Source: an uncultured Anaerolineales bacterium (GTDB lineage: Bacteria; Planctomycetota; Phycisphaerae; FEN-1346). Taken from it: 64,000 nt of DNA. Position numbers and translations under genes: made by a program. How positions within the stretch are numbered: position 1 is the first letter of the stretch; the number at the start of each line of letters is the position of its first letter. Shown here piece by piece: positions 38,116-48,420 of this stretch. The notes beneath the pieces are model-generated. The model searched no databases. It was not told the DNA's origin and was given only the letters and a program-made list of their open reading frames with translations. Location of the stretch: positions 5,136 through 69,135 of the forward strand of contig CAZGKW010000007.1 of the NCBI GenBank assembly GCA_964526295.1. Reading direction: 5' to 3'.

Positions 38116-38251
38116 GCGTCTCCTCCTGTAGGTCGAACGATCACACGCATTGGCGCGTCAGCCCGGCGTGTATTCACACCGGGCGAAACAGGCCGTGCGA
38201 GATGGGCCGGGCGAAATGCGCCCGGCGCCGGCATCCCGCTCCTCTTTTCGC

Positions 38252-39244
38252 TCATAAGGCGCCGAGCGCCTCCTGGTCGGCGGCGATCCGGTCGAGCAGG
38301 GCGTGGCGGGCCTCGTCCGGCTCGTAGGCCCCCGCCCGCCGTTCGTAGAACTCGGCCGTCCGGGCCATGGCCTCGCCCAGGCTGAGTCGGCACTCGAACT
38401 CCCCCGCCACGTCCATCACCTTGGTGTTGTCGAACAGGACCGGCCAGGCCTTGTCCCCGAGGAGCGGCCCCTCCCACTTCGGATCGTACCGGATCAGCGT
38501 GTCGGTCGGGACGTGGACGAGCCGGGCCTCTGCCCCGAGGGCCCGGCCCACCTCCTCGTAGATGCGGTTCCAGGTGTAGCTTTCCATGTGGCGGGTGATG
38601 TGGAACGCCTCGCCGAGGGCCCGGTCGTTGCCCAGGAGGCCGACGAAGGGCCGGGCGAAGTCCTCGCTGGGCGTCAGCGTCCAGAGGGCCGTTCCGTCGC
38701 CGTGGACGATGACGGGGCGGCCGTTTCGGATCCGCCAGGCCCAGTCGTCGCCGCCCGCGATCCCGCCGGGGAACCGACGACGGTGCGTGTGGCTGGGCCG
38801 GACGACCGTGACGGGCATCCGCCCGGCGGCATGGGCCTCCATCAGCAGCCTCTCCATCGCCGCCTTCTCCCGGCTGTAGGCCCAGTAGGGGTTTTCGAGG
38901 GGCACCTCCTCGGTGACGACGAGCCGCTCGGGGGGCTTCCGGTAGGCCGAGGCCGTCGAGATGAAGACGTACTGCTCGACGCGACCGCCGAAGACCTCCA
39001 GGTCGCGCTCGACCGTCGCCCGCTTGTAGGCGAGGAACTGGCAGACGACGTCGAAGCCGCCGTCGCCGAGGCGGGCGCAGGCCGCGTCGTCGGCGAGGTC
39101 GCCGGTGATGCGGCGGGCGGCCGCGGGCAGGGGCTCCTCGGTCCGGCCGCGGTTGAAGACGGTCACGTCGTGGCCGGCCCGGAGGGTCTCGACGACGCAA
39201 GGGTGGCTGATCTCGCCCGTCCCGCCGACGTAAAGGACCTTCAT
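38252..39244 (-). CDS. NAD-dependent epimerase/dehydratase (extended SDR)
   Basis: ATG at 39244-39242 gives MKVLYVGGTGEIS, a GxxGxxG motif. ...YSREK... is a YxxxK catalytic motif. The upstream part of track ORF 38252..39826 is spurious. Confidence 0.8.
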   Translation of the reverse strand: MKVLYVGGTGEISHPCVVETLRAGHDVTVFNRGRTEEPLPAAARRITGDLADDAACARLGDGGFDVVCQFLAYKRATVERDLEVFGGRVEQYVFISTASAYRKPPERLVVTEEVPLENPYWAYSREKAAMERLLMEAHAAGRMPVTVVRPSHTHRRRFPGGIAGGDDWAWRIRNGRPVIVHGDGTALWTLTPSEDFARPFVGLLGNDRALGEAFHITRHMESYTWNRIYEEVGRALGAEARLVHVPTDTLIRYDPKWEGPLLGDKAWPVLFDNTKVMDVAGEFECRLSLGEAMARTAEFYERRAGAYEPDEARHALLDRIAADQEALGAL

Positions 39245-39354
39245 GGGGCCTCCTGGCGTTGGTCGCTTCTTCGCGTCCTTGTGCTCCTCGCGCGTCAGCC
39301 CCCGGTGTGTTCGCCGGGGGCCAAATGGGCCTGCCTGAGTGCTCGGGCGCGGCC

Positions 39355-40119
39355 TCAACGGCCCACGTGGCCTTCTTCGATGTCGAGGTCCTCGCGCCGC
39401 TCGATGCGTTCGACGGCCCCGTCGCGCATCCACAGGACCCGGTCGGAGTTGGCCAGCATCTTGTGGTCGTGGGTGGCGGCGATGATCGTCACGCCCTCCT
39501 CGACCGAGAGGCGTTTCAGCAGATCGATGATGTCGGCCCCGGTCTTCAGGTCGAGGTTCCCGGTCGGCTCGTCGGCCAGGATGATGACCGGGTCGTTGAC
39601 AAGGGCCCGGGCGATGGCAACCCGCTGCTGCTGGCCGCCGGAGAGCTCGTCCGGGCGGTGGTCGAGGCGGTCGCCCAGGCCGACCCGCTCGAGGACCCGG
39701 GCGGCGGCCACGGTGGCCGTCCGCGTGTCGGTCCCGGAGAGGACCCGCGGCAGCGCGACGTTCCGCGACGCCGTCAGCGACGGCAGCAGGTTGTAGGACT
39801 GGAAGACGTAGCCGATGTACTGGCACCGGACGTAGGCGAGCTGGCGGCTCGAGAGCTTCGTCAGGTCCATCGGGCCGATGGTCACCGAGCCTGAGCTGGG
39901 CACGTCGAGGGCCCCGATCATGTTGAACAGGGTCGTCTTGCCCGAGCCCGAGGGGCCCATGACCGAGAGGTACTCGCCGCAGAGGATGTCGGCGGAGACG
40001 TCCTTGAGGGCGTGGACGGTCTCGCCGCGGAGGCGATAGACCTTCGAGACGTTGCGGGCGCGGATGAGGACCTCGCCCAGGGCGATGCCGTCGCTTGCGG
40101 TTTCGAGCCCGGCCGTCAT
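39355..40119 (-). CDS. ABC transporter ATP-binding protein (MacB/FtsE/LolD-type)
   Basis: Walker A GPSGSGKTT, signature LSGGQQQRVAIARAL, Walker B ILADEPTGNLD, H-loop ATHD. Confidence 0.9.
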   Translation of the reverse strand: MTAGLETASDGIALGEVLIRARNVSKVYRLRGETVHALKDVSADILCGEYLSVMGPSGSGKTTLFNMIGALDVPSSGSVTIGPMDLTKLSSRQLAYVRCQYIGYVFQSYNLLPSLTASRNVALPRVLSGTDTRTATVAAARVLERVGLGDRLDHRPDELSGGQQQRVAIARALVNDPVIILADEPTGNLDLKTGADIIDLLKRLSVEEGVTIIAATHDHKMLANSDRVLWMRDGAVERIERREDLDIEEGHVGR

Positions 40120-40260
40120 TTGCTTCTTCGGTCTCCTCTGAGCGTGTTCAGGGGAGTCTCGTCAGTTTTTGGCGCGGCGGGTCACCGTGCCCGCCGCGTT
40201 CCGGTGGGCCAGGCGCGGCCGGCACGGAGACCGACCGCGCAGGACCATCCTGGACCCGCC

Positions 40261-42303
40261 TTAGAACGGCAGTTGGAACACGCTTTTCATCAGGAACGTC
40301 ACGCCGATGCTGAACGTTCCGACCAGCCCGACGCCGCACATGAACCCCGCCGCCACGACGGGGATATACTGCCGCCAATTGAGGCCCAGCCGCCGCTGGA
40401 AGTAATACCGGCCGAGCAGGGCCCCGATGAAGTTGGGGATGACCGCGTGGGGCATGGTCTGCCCCAGACCGCGGACGACGCCGTAGACGAGGAACGTCGG
40501 GGCCCCCAGCCGCGTCAGCAGCGTGAACATGAAGGTCCCCAGGACCAGCCCCGCCGCCAGGTAGTCCAGGTTGAACGCCCGCTCGAACAGGGAGTACCCG
40601 CCGAGGGTGGCGCTGTGCATGATGGCCTCGTTCTCGGCGTAGAGGTCCCACATTTTCTGGGCGAACGGGTACTGCGGCCCCGGCACCGGCGCCAGGCCCC
40701 AGATGAAGTTCGCGAACAGCAGGCTCGACAGGATGATGATCGGCGCGAGGATGAGGTCCGACTTCCAGATGCTCGTCACCTTCGTTCCCGTCAGCTCGGC
40801 CTGCCGGAACGACACGGTCTTGACGCCGTAGTTGTGGAGGGGGATGGGCAGGAACCAGACGGCCACCCCCTGGTAGCCCGACAGGATGAACGAGGCCTCC
40901 CGGACGAACGGAATGTTGACCACCTGGCCCGCGATGCCCTCCAGGCGGGCCGTGGCATAGCTGATGAACGGCGTGTAGAGGAAGCCGTAGAAGACCAGGA
41001 CCAAGAGCACGCCCGTGTGGACCCGGCCGTCGGTCAGATAGAGGAGGTAACACGATACGAGGATGTATAGGGCCGTCGAGATGATGTAGGTGATGATGAT
41101 GAAGCGGGTGCGGATGTCGCCCCGGCCGGGCGGCGGGGCGAAGCCCTCCTCCTGGAGCGTGTCCCGCTCCCGGTGCCACCGCCGCAGCTTCACGATGGCC
41201 TGGCAGATGGCCCCGATGCCCACCAGCGCGATCGCCAGCATCAGCCCGATCTGGAAGCTGAAGTAGAAGTCCACCTGGTTCTTGAACAGTGTCGAGATGG
41301 TGTTGTCGGCCCCGGCCTGCCACGCCTCCAGGACGTCCAGCCGATACAGGGCGGGGTTCGCGACCACCGTTACGAGCAGCCCGATGAAGCTGCCCACCAT
41401 CGCCCAGAACGGCAGGACCATGCCGGTGATGAGGTGTCCCAGGTCGAACGAGAGGCCCGTGGCGACGGCGGGCAGGTACTTGCCCGTCTGGGGGGTCCAG
41501 TCGACGAACGGGATGGGCAGCAGGACGATCGGCTTGTCGAGCAGGGCCCCCGTCACGGTCGGAATGCCGATATAGACGGCCCCGAAGACGATGCCGATAA
41601 TCGAGCCGATGGAGAAGACGCGGTATCGCCATCGGGTGGCGGGGCCGGAGGAGGTCTCGTCGGGCGCGCGGTTGGGGTTCTCCTCCTCCTGCTCCTCGCT
41701 GAGCGCCAGCACGCCCTGGGCCTGCAAGGGCGCCAGCGGGAACGGGAGCTTCTCCACGTCGCTTGCCAGGCGGAACAGGCCGTAGCCGAGGATCGTGTTG
41801 TTGAGGCGGCTCATGATCGTCGTGAAGACGATCAGGCCGATCGCCGGGAGCCACTCCCACGTGAAAATCGACCGGTGCGCCAGCACCTCCTGGCTCGGGA
41901 CGAACCAGAACGGGATGTGCTCGGCGATGCCGTGGGCCTCGGCCGCCGTCGACTGGGCGTAGAACTGCTTCCACAGGAGCGAGCCCTTGGGGATGACGGC
42001 GGCCGTGCCGGCCATCGCCGCCGCCGCCAGGTAGAACAGCGTGAAGATCTCGGCCCGTTTGAGGGTCTTGTTCGCCCGCCGGGCCACCTCGATGAACAGG
42101 ATCACCGTGACCCACTGGGCGGCCGGGCCGATCGCCTTGCCCGCCACCAGCGTCATGTAGAGCGCCCCGGGCACCATCACCAGGGCGACGAAGCAGACGC
42201 CGATGAACGACGACCATGTGAAGCCCTCCTCAAACGTGGAGGGGACCTCCAGGAGGCTTCGAAACTCCTGGACTTCCCGGTCGTCGGCGAGTTTTCTGGC
42301 CAT
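40261..42303 (-). CDS. 680-aa polytopic inner-membrane protein of unknown function
   Basis: About 14 predicted hydrophobic helices throughout, G/C-rich third positions, and no recognisable motif. Confidence 0.7.
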   Translation of the reverse strand: MARKLADDREVQEFRSLLEVPSTFEEGFTWSSFIGVCFVALVMVPGALYMTLVAGKAIGPAAQWVTVILFIEVARRANKTLKRAEIFTLFYLAAAAMAGTAAVIPKGSLLWKQFYAQSTAAEAHGIAEHIPFWFVPSQEVLAHRSIFTWEWLPAIGLIVFTTIMSRLNNTILGYGLFRLASDVEKLPFPLAPLQAQGVLALSEEQEEENPNRAPDETSSGPATRWRYRVFSIGSIIGIVFGAVYIGIPTVTGALLDKPIVLLPIPFVDWTPQTGKYLPAVATGLSFDLGHLITGMVLPFWAMVGSFIGLLVTVVANPALYRLDVLEAWQAGADNTISTLFKNQVDFYFSFQIGLMLAIALVGIGAICQAIVKLRRWHRERDTLQEEGFAPPPGRGDIRTRFIIITYIISTALYILVSCYLLYLTDGRVHTGVLLVLVFYGFLYTPFISYATARLEGIAGQVVNIPFVREASFILSGYQGVAVWFLPIPLHNYGVKTVSFRQAELTGTKVTSIWKSDLILAPIIILSSLLFANFIWGLAPVPGPQYPFAQKMWDLYAENEAIMHSATLGGYSLFERAFNLDYLAAGLVLGTFMFTLLTRLGAPTFLVYGVVRGLGQTMPHAVIPNFIGALLGRYYFQRRLGLNWRQYIPVVAAGFMCGVGLVGTFSIGVTFLMKSVFQLPF

Positions 42304-42364
42304 CGGCCGATCCTCAGGCCCGTTCGGGCTTCCCTCGTTCCGCCATCTCCGCGGCGGGGCCCGG

Positions 42365-45300
42365 CTACTCCGCCGTCGCCTCCGCTTCCTCCTCGCCCAA
42401 GGCCGTCAGCGTCGCCATCCGGTACGACTCGACCGTCTCGGGCGTCAGCGTCCGCCACAGGAGGAACTGCCGCCTCAGGTCGTGCAGAAAGACCCGGTTG
42501 GCCCGTTTCCAGTCGGCGGCGGCGCCGCTGAGGCGGTCGGCCTCGACGGTCACCTCCTCGACGCCGGGGACCTCCGACGGGGCGCTCGAGAGCTCGAAGT
42601 GCTGCGTCACCCCCAGGTCGAACGGCGCCAGGGCCAGCTCGGCCTCCAGCGCCAGGCCGTCCGTCTCGCCGACCCGCCGGATGCGGACGTCGCGCGAGGC
42701 GAACACCCCGAGCCCGGCATCGTCGTGCTGGCGAAAATGCTCCGCCAGGTAGCCCACCACCCCGGTAATGTCGTAGGCCGAGACGGTGAAGGGGAACGTC
42801 ATCCGGAGGGTGTCGCCCTCGGGTGGGGGCATCTTCCAGGACCGCTTCAGGCCCGGGTTCGCACTCCGGGAGGCCCGGTAGGCGGGGAAGATCGCCGACG
42901 CCAGGACCGTCGCCATCACGATGCCGATGGCGAACAGGGCGTTGGTGGAGGAGAAGTTGATGTTCGTGGGCTGGATGAGGCCCCGCTCGGCCAGCATCAG
43001 CGTCCCCTGGGCCACGCCCTGGGCGAGGACTTGGCCGGCCATCCCGCCGACGACCGCGTAGACGGCCGCCTCGGCGAAAAACAGGAACCCCACGTCCAGC
43101 GGCGCCAGGCCCAGGGCGCTGAACGAGTAGATCTCCCGCTCCCGGTCGGCGATGCTCCCGAGCATCGTCCCGAAGATGATCAGCCCGCCCAGCAGGACCG
43201 GCACCGCCAGGGCCGCCGCCCCCGTCACCTCCGTCAGCTCCGAGAAGACCAGCCGTACGACGCCTTCCGTGCCGTTGGCCCAGACGGGCAGGGCGGTCTG
43301 CTCGGCCGCCGCCGCGCCGGCCTCCACCCGGTCGGTCTCCTCGGGTGGGTAGACCGTGACGACGTGCAGCCGTCCACCGAGCCGGCGGACGAGGTCGGCC
43401 GAGGCGATGGCCACCTGGTTCGGGCTCAACCGGACGAACTCGCGGGCCAGGACGTCCTCGGACGCCCCCTCTTTCTCCTCCGCCTTGACGGCCGAGGAGG
43501 GGTCGCGGAAGTCGACCGGCAGGGCGCTGCGGCCGTCCAGGTGGTTGAGCCGCTGGAGAAGGCGGTCGTCCAGGACGCCGGCGAACCGGCACCGCTCGCC
43601 CGCCACGAGGATCGGGTCCCCGGCATGGAGGTCCATCTGGTCGCGGAGGATCCGGGGCAGATAGACCCCCCCGCCGGCCAAGGCCGCGCACTTCTCCTCC
43701 AAGGTCTCGCCCTGGAGCAGCTCGGCCATCTGGGGCCACCGCCGCACCTCCTCCGGCGTCACGCCGATGACGCCGTCGACCCACAGGCTGGCCCCCGACG
43801 CCGGTCGGACCACGCCGAAAGCCGGGTCGCCTTCCAGCTTCGGGGCCAGCCACCACTGGCCGGTGACGAGCCCGCCGCCCGGGGCCCGGCGGGAGGCCGG
43901 GGCCGGGTCCTGGCCGGGCAGGTCCGCACCGGGGCGGGGGGCCGCCCCGCCCAGCGCCGCCTCGGGCGAGGCCGGGCCCTCCGAGCCGCCCAGCATCACC
44001 AGGGCGTCGCTGGAGAGGGCCTTGTAGTCGAGCTTCCGCAGGAAGAGGCCGGCGGCGTCGTCGCCGGGCGGCCGCTCGTAGACCTCCCGCACGCCCACCA
44101 GGTTCGCGAGCGAAGCGAAGCACATCACCGTGAAGGTCAGCATGACCACCGTGACGGCCGTCAGGACGGTCCGCAGCGGCCGACGCCGCATCGTCGAGAT
44201 GCCCATGTTGACGGCTGCGATCAGCGTCGAGAGCCGCGACTGCTGCACCCGGTGACGGGCGCTCGACTGGCCCTGCATTGCCCTCAGCTCGGTCTGGAAC
44301 TTGCGGGTCACGATGAAAATGACCACCGACGAGAGGAGGATGATGAGGAACGCCAGGAGAATGACGATCGGCGTGGCGGCGATCTTGAACCCCGGATGCG
44401 TCAGGAACAAGAGGACGAACGTCACCAGGAACAGGGCGGCGAACCCCACCAGCCGCGTGTAGATGCTCGTTGCGCAGACGATGAGACGTTCCATGACGAA
44501 GGCGAACGGGATGGCCAGCAGTAGCAGCAGGACAATCGCCCGGATCAGGTCGTTCATCACGTTCTTGAGCGGCAGGTAGACGTCGCGCGACAGGGCGGCG
44601 CTGCGGCCGAAGCGGGTCGTCCGCAGGGCCGTCGAATCCGCCCGGTGGGCCTCGGTCCTGATGCGCTGGGCCCGCCCGTGGAGCCGTTCCAGGTCGGCCG
44701 CGACGATGCCCCGCGTCCGGAGGATGCTCAGGCGGCCCTCGTTCAGCCGCCACAGGTCCTCGGCGCTCGTGGGGTCGGTCGGCGGCGGCGTCTGGAACGC
44801 CTCGAACGGGAACCCGTCGCCGGTTGCGCGTCGCGTCGGCTCGCCCAGGAACACCGGGCCCTTCGGATGGAAGACCTTGACCGTGCCGGGGAGACCCTCG
44901 AACATGTAGAAGAACGCGAAGTCGTCGCCGTGGCCGAGCAGGCGCCGCTGGATCCTGAACGGGGTGTCCGACCCGCCCGCCAGGACGTGGATTTCCTCGT
45001 CCGTGCCCCACTCGGCCATCAGGGGCCGGCCCACCACCTGGCCCTGGCATCGGAACAGGTTCAGGCGGACCCATTCGGCGCTCTTGCGGGTGTCCTCCTC
45101 GCGGTTCGTGATGGCGGTCGGCCGTCCCCGCGAGTCGAACATCGCCCCCACCACCTGGTACGTCGAGAAGAAGATCTTCTGGATGCCGACCAGTTCAAAG
45201 CGGCCGTCGGCGTTGGCGGCGGCGATGAACGTCGGGTCGAAGAAGGTGAACGAGTCGTCAAGGACGAGCGGGTTGACCCACTTGCGAGGTTCGCCGTTCT

Positions 45301-47512
45301 TCTTGGGCCAGACGGCGATCAGGGCGCCCGCGGCGGGCCGGTTCTCCTCCAGGCTTCCGGTCACCTGGAGACCAGCGAAGTTGCCCGTCGCGGTCTTCTT
45401 GGCATCGTCCCACTGGGAGAACCGCTTCAGCGAGAGGTCCTCGAACGTTCGCCGAAGCGACAGGGCCCGGAGGTCGGCCGCCCGCGCCAGGAGACGGGTC
45501 CCGGCCGCCGCGTGCCGGCGAAGCTCGCGCCACGCCAGCCGGTCCACTGTGTCGGCGGGGTGCCCGTCGCGGGGCCGGCGGTCGTGGCCCGTCATCAGCG
45601 ACACGTTGTAGATGCCGTGCACCCCGGCGACGCGCCCGTCGGAGACGAACCGGCCGGGGGCGTAGCGTCGGCTCTCGGTCGGCTCGCTGAGCGTTTTCGT
45701 GTCGAGGCTCGCGAGCCCGGTCGCGGCCGCATCGGTGGTCTCGGGGGCGCCGAACGACTCGGCCGCCTCGCGAAAGGCCGCCAGGACCTGGGCGTAGTGG
45801 CCGGCCGAGTCGGCGTTCGGGTTGGTGGCGATGTCGTGCAGGGCATCCCGCACGACCACGCCCCAGGTCGGCCCCTCGCCCGAGAGGTTGTAGCCGGTGT
45901 GCAGGACGATCGTCCGGTCCGCCAGCCGGGTCCGCAGCCGGCGGCCCTGCTCGTCGATTCGGACCCGCACGGCCAGCTCGTCGCGTCGGCGGGCGAAACC
46001 CGCGGCCGTCGCCTCGACCAGCTCCGCGTACAGCGCCGGATGGTCCCGGTGTACGAGGACGGTGCCCCCCAGGGCGGCCTCCGGGTCCGCCGCGCCGAAC
46101 AGCCAGCGGAAGGACCGGACCAGGTGGCTCTGTCGCCGCGTCCCGTGCAGGGCCCGGCGGACGGCGTCCCATCGACTCACCATCGCCCTGAGGTCATCGA
46201 CCTCTTGCATCTCAGGCGTCTCGCCCGCGGCCGCTTCCTCCTCGGCCCGGCGGCGAAGCTGCATGAGGCGGACGTTCAAGTCGGCCCGGAGATGGTCGGC
46301 CTGTCGGCTGAGCGCATCCTTGGCCGCGTCGACGTCCCCCGTCTCGACGTTCCACTGGCCCGGCGCCTGGCGGAGCAGCGCCAGGATGCCCTCGACGAAG
46401 GCCTTCTCCTGGCGATGCGCCTCGGCGAGCTTCTCGGCCTGTCCGCTCTCGAGGGTCAGGGCCGTGTAGAACGCCCGGGCCCCCGCGAAGGACCGGGCTT
46501 GGCCGTCCAGGAACGCCACCAGCACGTCCCGCCGGGGCCGGTTCTCCTTCAGCCAGGCCGTTGCTTCCAGCAGGGCCGCCACGTTGGCCGCTCCCCGGGC
46601 CCCCGGCGACAGGCGAGGCACTACGCCGAACGAATCGTAGTTGGCCGACAGGACGACCAGCTCCGGTCCGGGGCTGTCGAAAATGGGGTTGGTGCCCGGC
46701 AGGAAGGCGAACACGTTTCGCCCGGACGTCCGTTTCCACTCGACGTGGCTGACGACGGTCACCTCGGGGTGGTCCCGCCGAAGGTCGACGCCGGCCCGGC
46801 GGGCCTCCTCGGCCGGGGCGTAGAGGCGGACCAGGTTGGCCGGCACGTAGGCGTGCTTGCGGGCCAGGGGGGTGGCTCGATGATCGGCACCGGCGGCGGG
46901 GCCGGGCTGCGCCGCCGGACCGCCCAGGAAGATCACCGCCTTGGCCCCCATCCGGAACGCCCGCTCCCACTGGTCGTCGCAGTCGTACTCCAGTCCGACG
47001 ATGGCCCCTGCGCAGGGGCGGTCTCCGTACTCGGCCAGCGTGCCGCGGCCGGCGTAGAGGTACGGCCCCCTCAGGCCCTCGTCCGGCGTGACGGGCGGCA
47101 TGAGGATGTTCGGGCGGACGGGGAGCAGCTCGACCTTCGCCGCGCCGCCCGGGGCATCCGTGCCCAGGAGCAACTCGCACCGCGCGGGCTGGGTCTGCCA
47201 CAGCGGCACGTCGAGGATGAAGACGTCCTGGGCGGCCGTCAGCGGGGCCTCGGCCGGGGTCGTCTCGCCCGCCGGGGGGGGCACCGCTAGGCCCATAGCT
47301 GCGAGACGCCCCAGGACATAGTCGGCGGCCCGCCGTCCTTCGGACGTGCCCGCCAGACGGTGCGGGTCCCGCGTCAGGGCCTCGAGGTCGGCCCGGAAGG
47401 CCTCCTCCCCGGGCTCGCGGGCGGGGGCCCCGGCCGCGCAGTCGGGGCCCGCGGCGGCCGCGGCCAGCGCCGCCCACCCCGCCAGCGACAACGCGATGAC
47501 CCGAGCACCCAT
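42365..47512 (-). CDS. 1716-aa secreted/membrane fusion protein: PA-domain-containing M28-like (apparently inactive) peptidase domain + large extracytoplasmic region + 4-TM bundle + MacB-type FtsX permease
   Basis: The real start is ATG at 47512 (MGARVIALSLAGWAALAAAAAGPDCAAG, a signal peptide), and it overlaps the stop of the upstream ABC ATPase as ATGA. The upstream 159 codons of track ORF 42365..47989 are antisense of that ATPase. An M28-like block reads VVLSANYDSFG...GARGAANVAALLE...VAFLDGQARSFAGARAFY with the Zn ligands replaced. The C-terminus ...LLGGLIIFGTMLGSIADREREIYSF...IFPAYRASR is an FtsX domain. Confidence 0.75.
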   Translation of the reverse strand: MGARVIALSLAGWAALAAAAAGPDCAAGAPAREPGEEAFRADLEALTRDPHRLAGTSEGRRAADYVLGRLAAMGLAVPPPAGETTPAEAPLTAAQDVFILDVPLWQTQPARCELLLGTDAPGGAAKVELLPVRPNILMPPVTPDEGLRGPYLYAGRGTLAEYGDRPCAGAIVGLEYDCDDQWERAFRMGAKAVIFLGGPAAQPGPAAGADHRATPLARKHAYVPANLVRLYAPAEEARRAGVDLRRDHPEVTVVSHVEWKRTSGRNVFAFLPGTNPIFDSPGPELVVLSANYDSFGVVPRLSPGARGAANVAALLEATAWLKENRPRRDVLVAFLDGQARSFAGARAFYTALTLESGQAEKLAEAHRQEKAFVEGILALLRQAPGQWNVETGDVDAAKDALSRQADHLRADLNVRLMQLRRRAEEEAAAGETPEMQEVDDLRAMVSRWDAVRRALHGTRRQSHLVRSFRWLFGAADPEAALGGTVLVHRDHPALYAELVEATAAGFARRRDELAVRVRIDEQGRRLRTRLADRTIVLHTGYNLSGEGPTWGVVVRDALHDIATNPNADSAGHYAQVLAAFREAAESFGAPETTDAAATGLASLDTKTLSEPTESRRYAPGRFVSDGRVAGVHGIYNVSLMTGHDRRPRDGHPADTVDRLAWRELRRHAAAGTRLLARAADLRALSLRRTFEDLSLKRFSQWDDAKKTATGNFAGLQVTGSLEENRPAAGALIAVWPKKNGEPRKWVNPLVLDDSFTFFDPTFIAAANADGRFELVGIQKIFFSTYQVVGAMFDSRGRPTAITNREEDTRKSAEWVRLNLFRCQGQVVGRPLMAEWGTDEEIHVLAGGSDTPFRIQRRLLGHGDDFAFFYMFEGLPGTVKVFHPKGPVFLGEPTRRATGDGFPFEAFQTPPPTDPTSAEDLWRLNEGRLSILRTRGIVAADLERLHGRAQRIRTEAHRADSTALRTTRFGRSAALSRDVYLPLKNVMNDLIRAIVLLLLLAIPFAFVMERLIVCATSIYTRLVGFAALFLVTFVLLFLTHPGFKIAATPIVILLAFLIILLSSVVIFIVTRKFQTELRAMQGQSSARHRVQQSRLSTLIAAVNMGISTMRRRPLRTVLTAVTVVMLTFTVMCFASLANLVGVREVYERPPGDDAAGLFLRKLDYKALSSDALVMLGGSEGPASPEAALGGAAPRPGADLPGQDPAPASRRAPGGGLVTGQWWLAPKLEGDPAFGVVRPASGASLWVDGVIGVTPEEVRRWPQMAELLQGETLEEKCAALAGGGVYLPRILRDQMDLHAGDPILVAGERCRFAGVLDDRLLQRLNHLDGRSALPVDFRDPSSAVKAEEKEGASEDVLAREFVRLSPNQVAIASADLVRRLGGRLHVVTVYPPEETDRVEAGAAAAEQTALPVWANGTEGVVRLVFSELTEVTGAAALAVPVLLGGLIIFGTMLGSIADREREIYSFSALGLAPLDVGFLFFAEAAVYAVVGGMAGQVLAQGVAQGTLMLAERGLIQPTNINFSSTNALFAIGIVMATVLASAIFPAYRASRSANPGLKRSWKMPPPEGDTLRMTFPFTVSAYDITGVVGYLAEHFRQHDDAGLGVFASRDVRIRRVGETDGLALEAELALAPFDLGVTQHFELSSAPSEVPGVEEVTVEADRLSGAAADWKRANRVFLHDLRRQFLLWRTLTPETVESYRMATLTALGEEEAEATAE

Positions 47513-48375
47513 CACGCCTGCCCCCCGATCCGGCCCACCCGGACCTCGACGTCCTCGCGTCGGTCGACCCGCTCGATCTGGCCGTCGCGGATCCACATCA
47601 TCCGGTCGCAGACGTCGAGCAGGCGATGGTCGTGCGTCGCACAGACGACCGTCACGCCCTGGCTCTCGTTGAGGCGCTGGAGGACCTGGAGGATCTCGGC
47701 CCCGGTTGCCAGGTCCAGGTTGGCGGTCGGCTCGTCCGCCAGGAGGACCTTGGGCTGGTTGCACATGGCCCGGGCGATGGCGACCCGCTGCTGCTGGCCT
47801 CCCGACATCTCCTTCGGCCGATGGGTCCACCGGTCCGCCAGACCCACCAGGTCCAGCAGCTCCATCCCCCGCCGGCGGGCGGCCTCGGGCGCCACCCCGG
47901 CGAAGGCCATTGGCACCGTCACGTTCTCCAGGGCCGTCATGTACCGGATCAGGTTGTAGCCCTGAAAGATGTAGCCGATCTTGCGGCACCGGAGGAAGGC
48001 CAGCTCCTCGGCGCTGAGTTGGGCGACGTCGGTTTCGTCAATGAGGACCCGCCCCTCGGTGGGCGAGTCGAGCGCCCCGATCATGTTGAAGAACGTCGTC
48101 TTGCCCGAGCCCGAGGGGCCGAGGATGGCGATAAACTCGCCCCGGTGGATGACCGCGTTGACCCCGTTCAGGGCGTAGGTGGTCTTCTCGCCCATCTGGT
48201 AGCACTTGACGAGCCGGAGGGTCCGGATGATGACCGGCTCGTCGGTGGATTGCGGTGTCTCGGTCATCTCAGCTTGCGTGAATCCTTGCGCGTCCACAGG
48301 CCCCGGCGAGCTTCCGCTCGCCGCTCGAAAACTTTCGACTCGGGTTCCCGCCTTCGCCAAGGCGACGGCGGGCAA
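47512..48375 (-). CDS. ABC transporter ATP-binding protein (MacB/FtsE/LolD-type)
   Basis: Walker A GPSGSGKTT, signature MSGGQQQRVAIARAM, Walker B LLADEPTANLD, H-loop ATHD. Confidence 0.9.
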   Translation of the reverse strand: MPAVALAKAGTRVESFRAASGSSPGPVDAQGFTQAEMTETPQSTDEPVIIRTLRLVKCYQMGEKTTYALNGVNAVIHRGEFIAILGPSGSGKTTFFNMIGALDSPTEGRVLIDETDVAQLSAEELAFLRCRKIGYIFQGYNLIRYMTALENVTVPMAFAGVAPEAARRRGMELLDLVGLADRWTHRPKEMSGGQQQRVAIARAMCNQPKVLLADEPTANLDLATGAEILQVLQRLNESQGVTVVCATHDHRLLDVCDRMMWIRDGQIERVDRREDVEVRVGRIGGQA

Positions 48376-48420
48376 GCCCGCTTGCCGCTCGAAGACTTCC
48401 GCGGCAGGCTCGAACCGTTT

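Noticed and set aside
42203-47290. Plus-strand ORFs 42203..44524 and 44645..47290
   Set aside because: They are antisense to the 1716-aa fusion gene, whose FtsX and M28-like motifs and coupled start fix the coding strand.
47513-47989. Upstream 159 codons of track ORF 42365..47989
   Set aside because: This segment overlaps the ABC ATPase gene 47512..48375 on the same strand in another frame. The signal-peptide-bearing ATG at 47512, coupled as ATGA to the ATPase stop, is the credible start.
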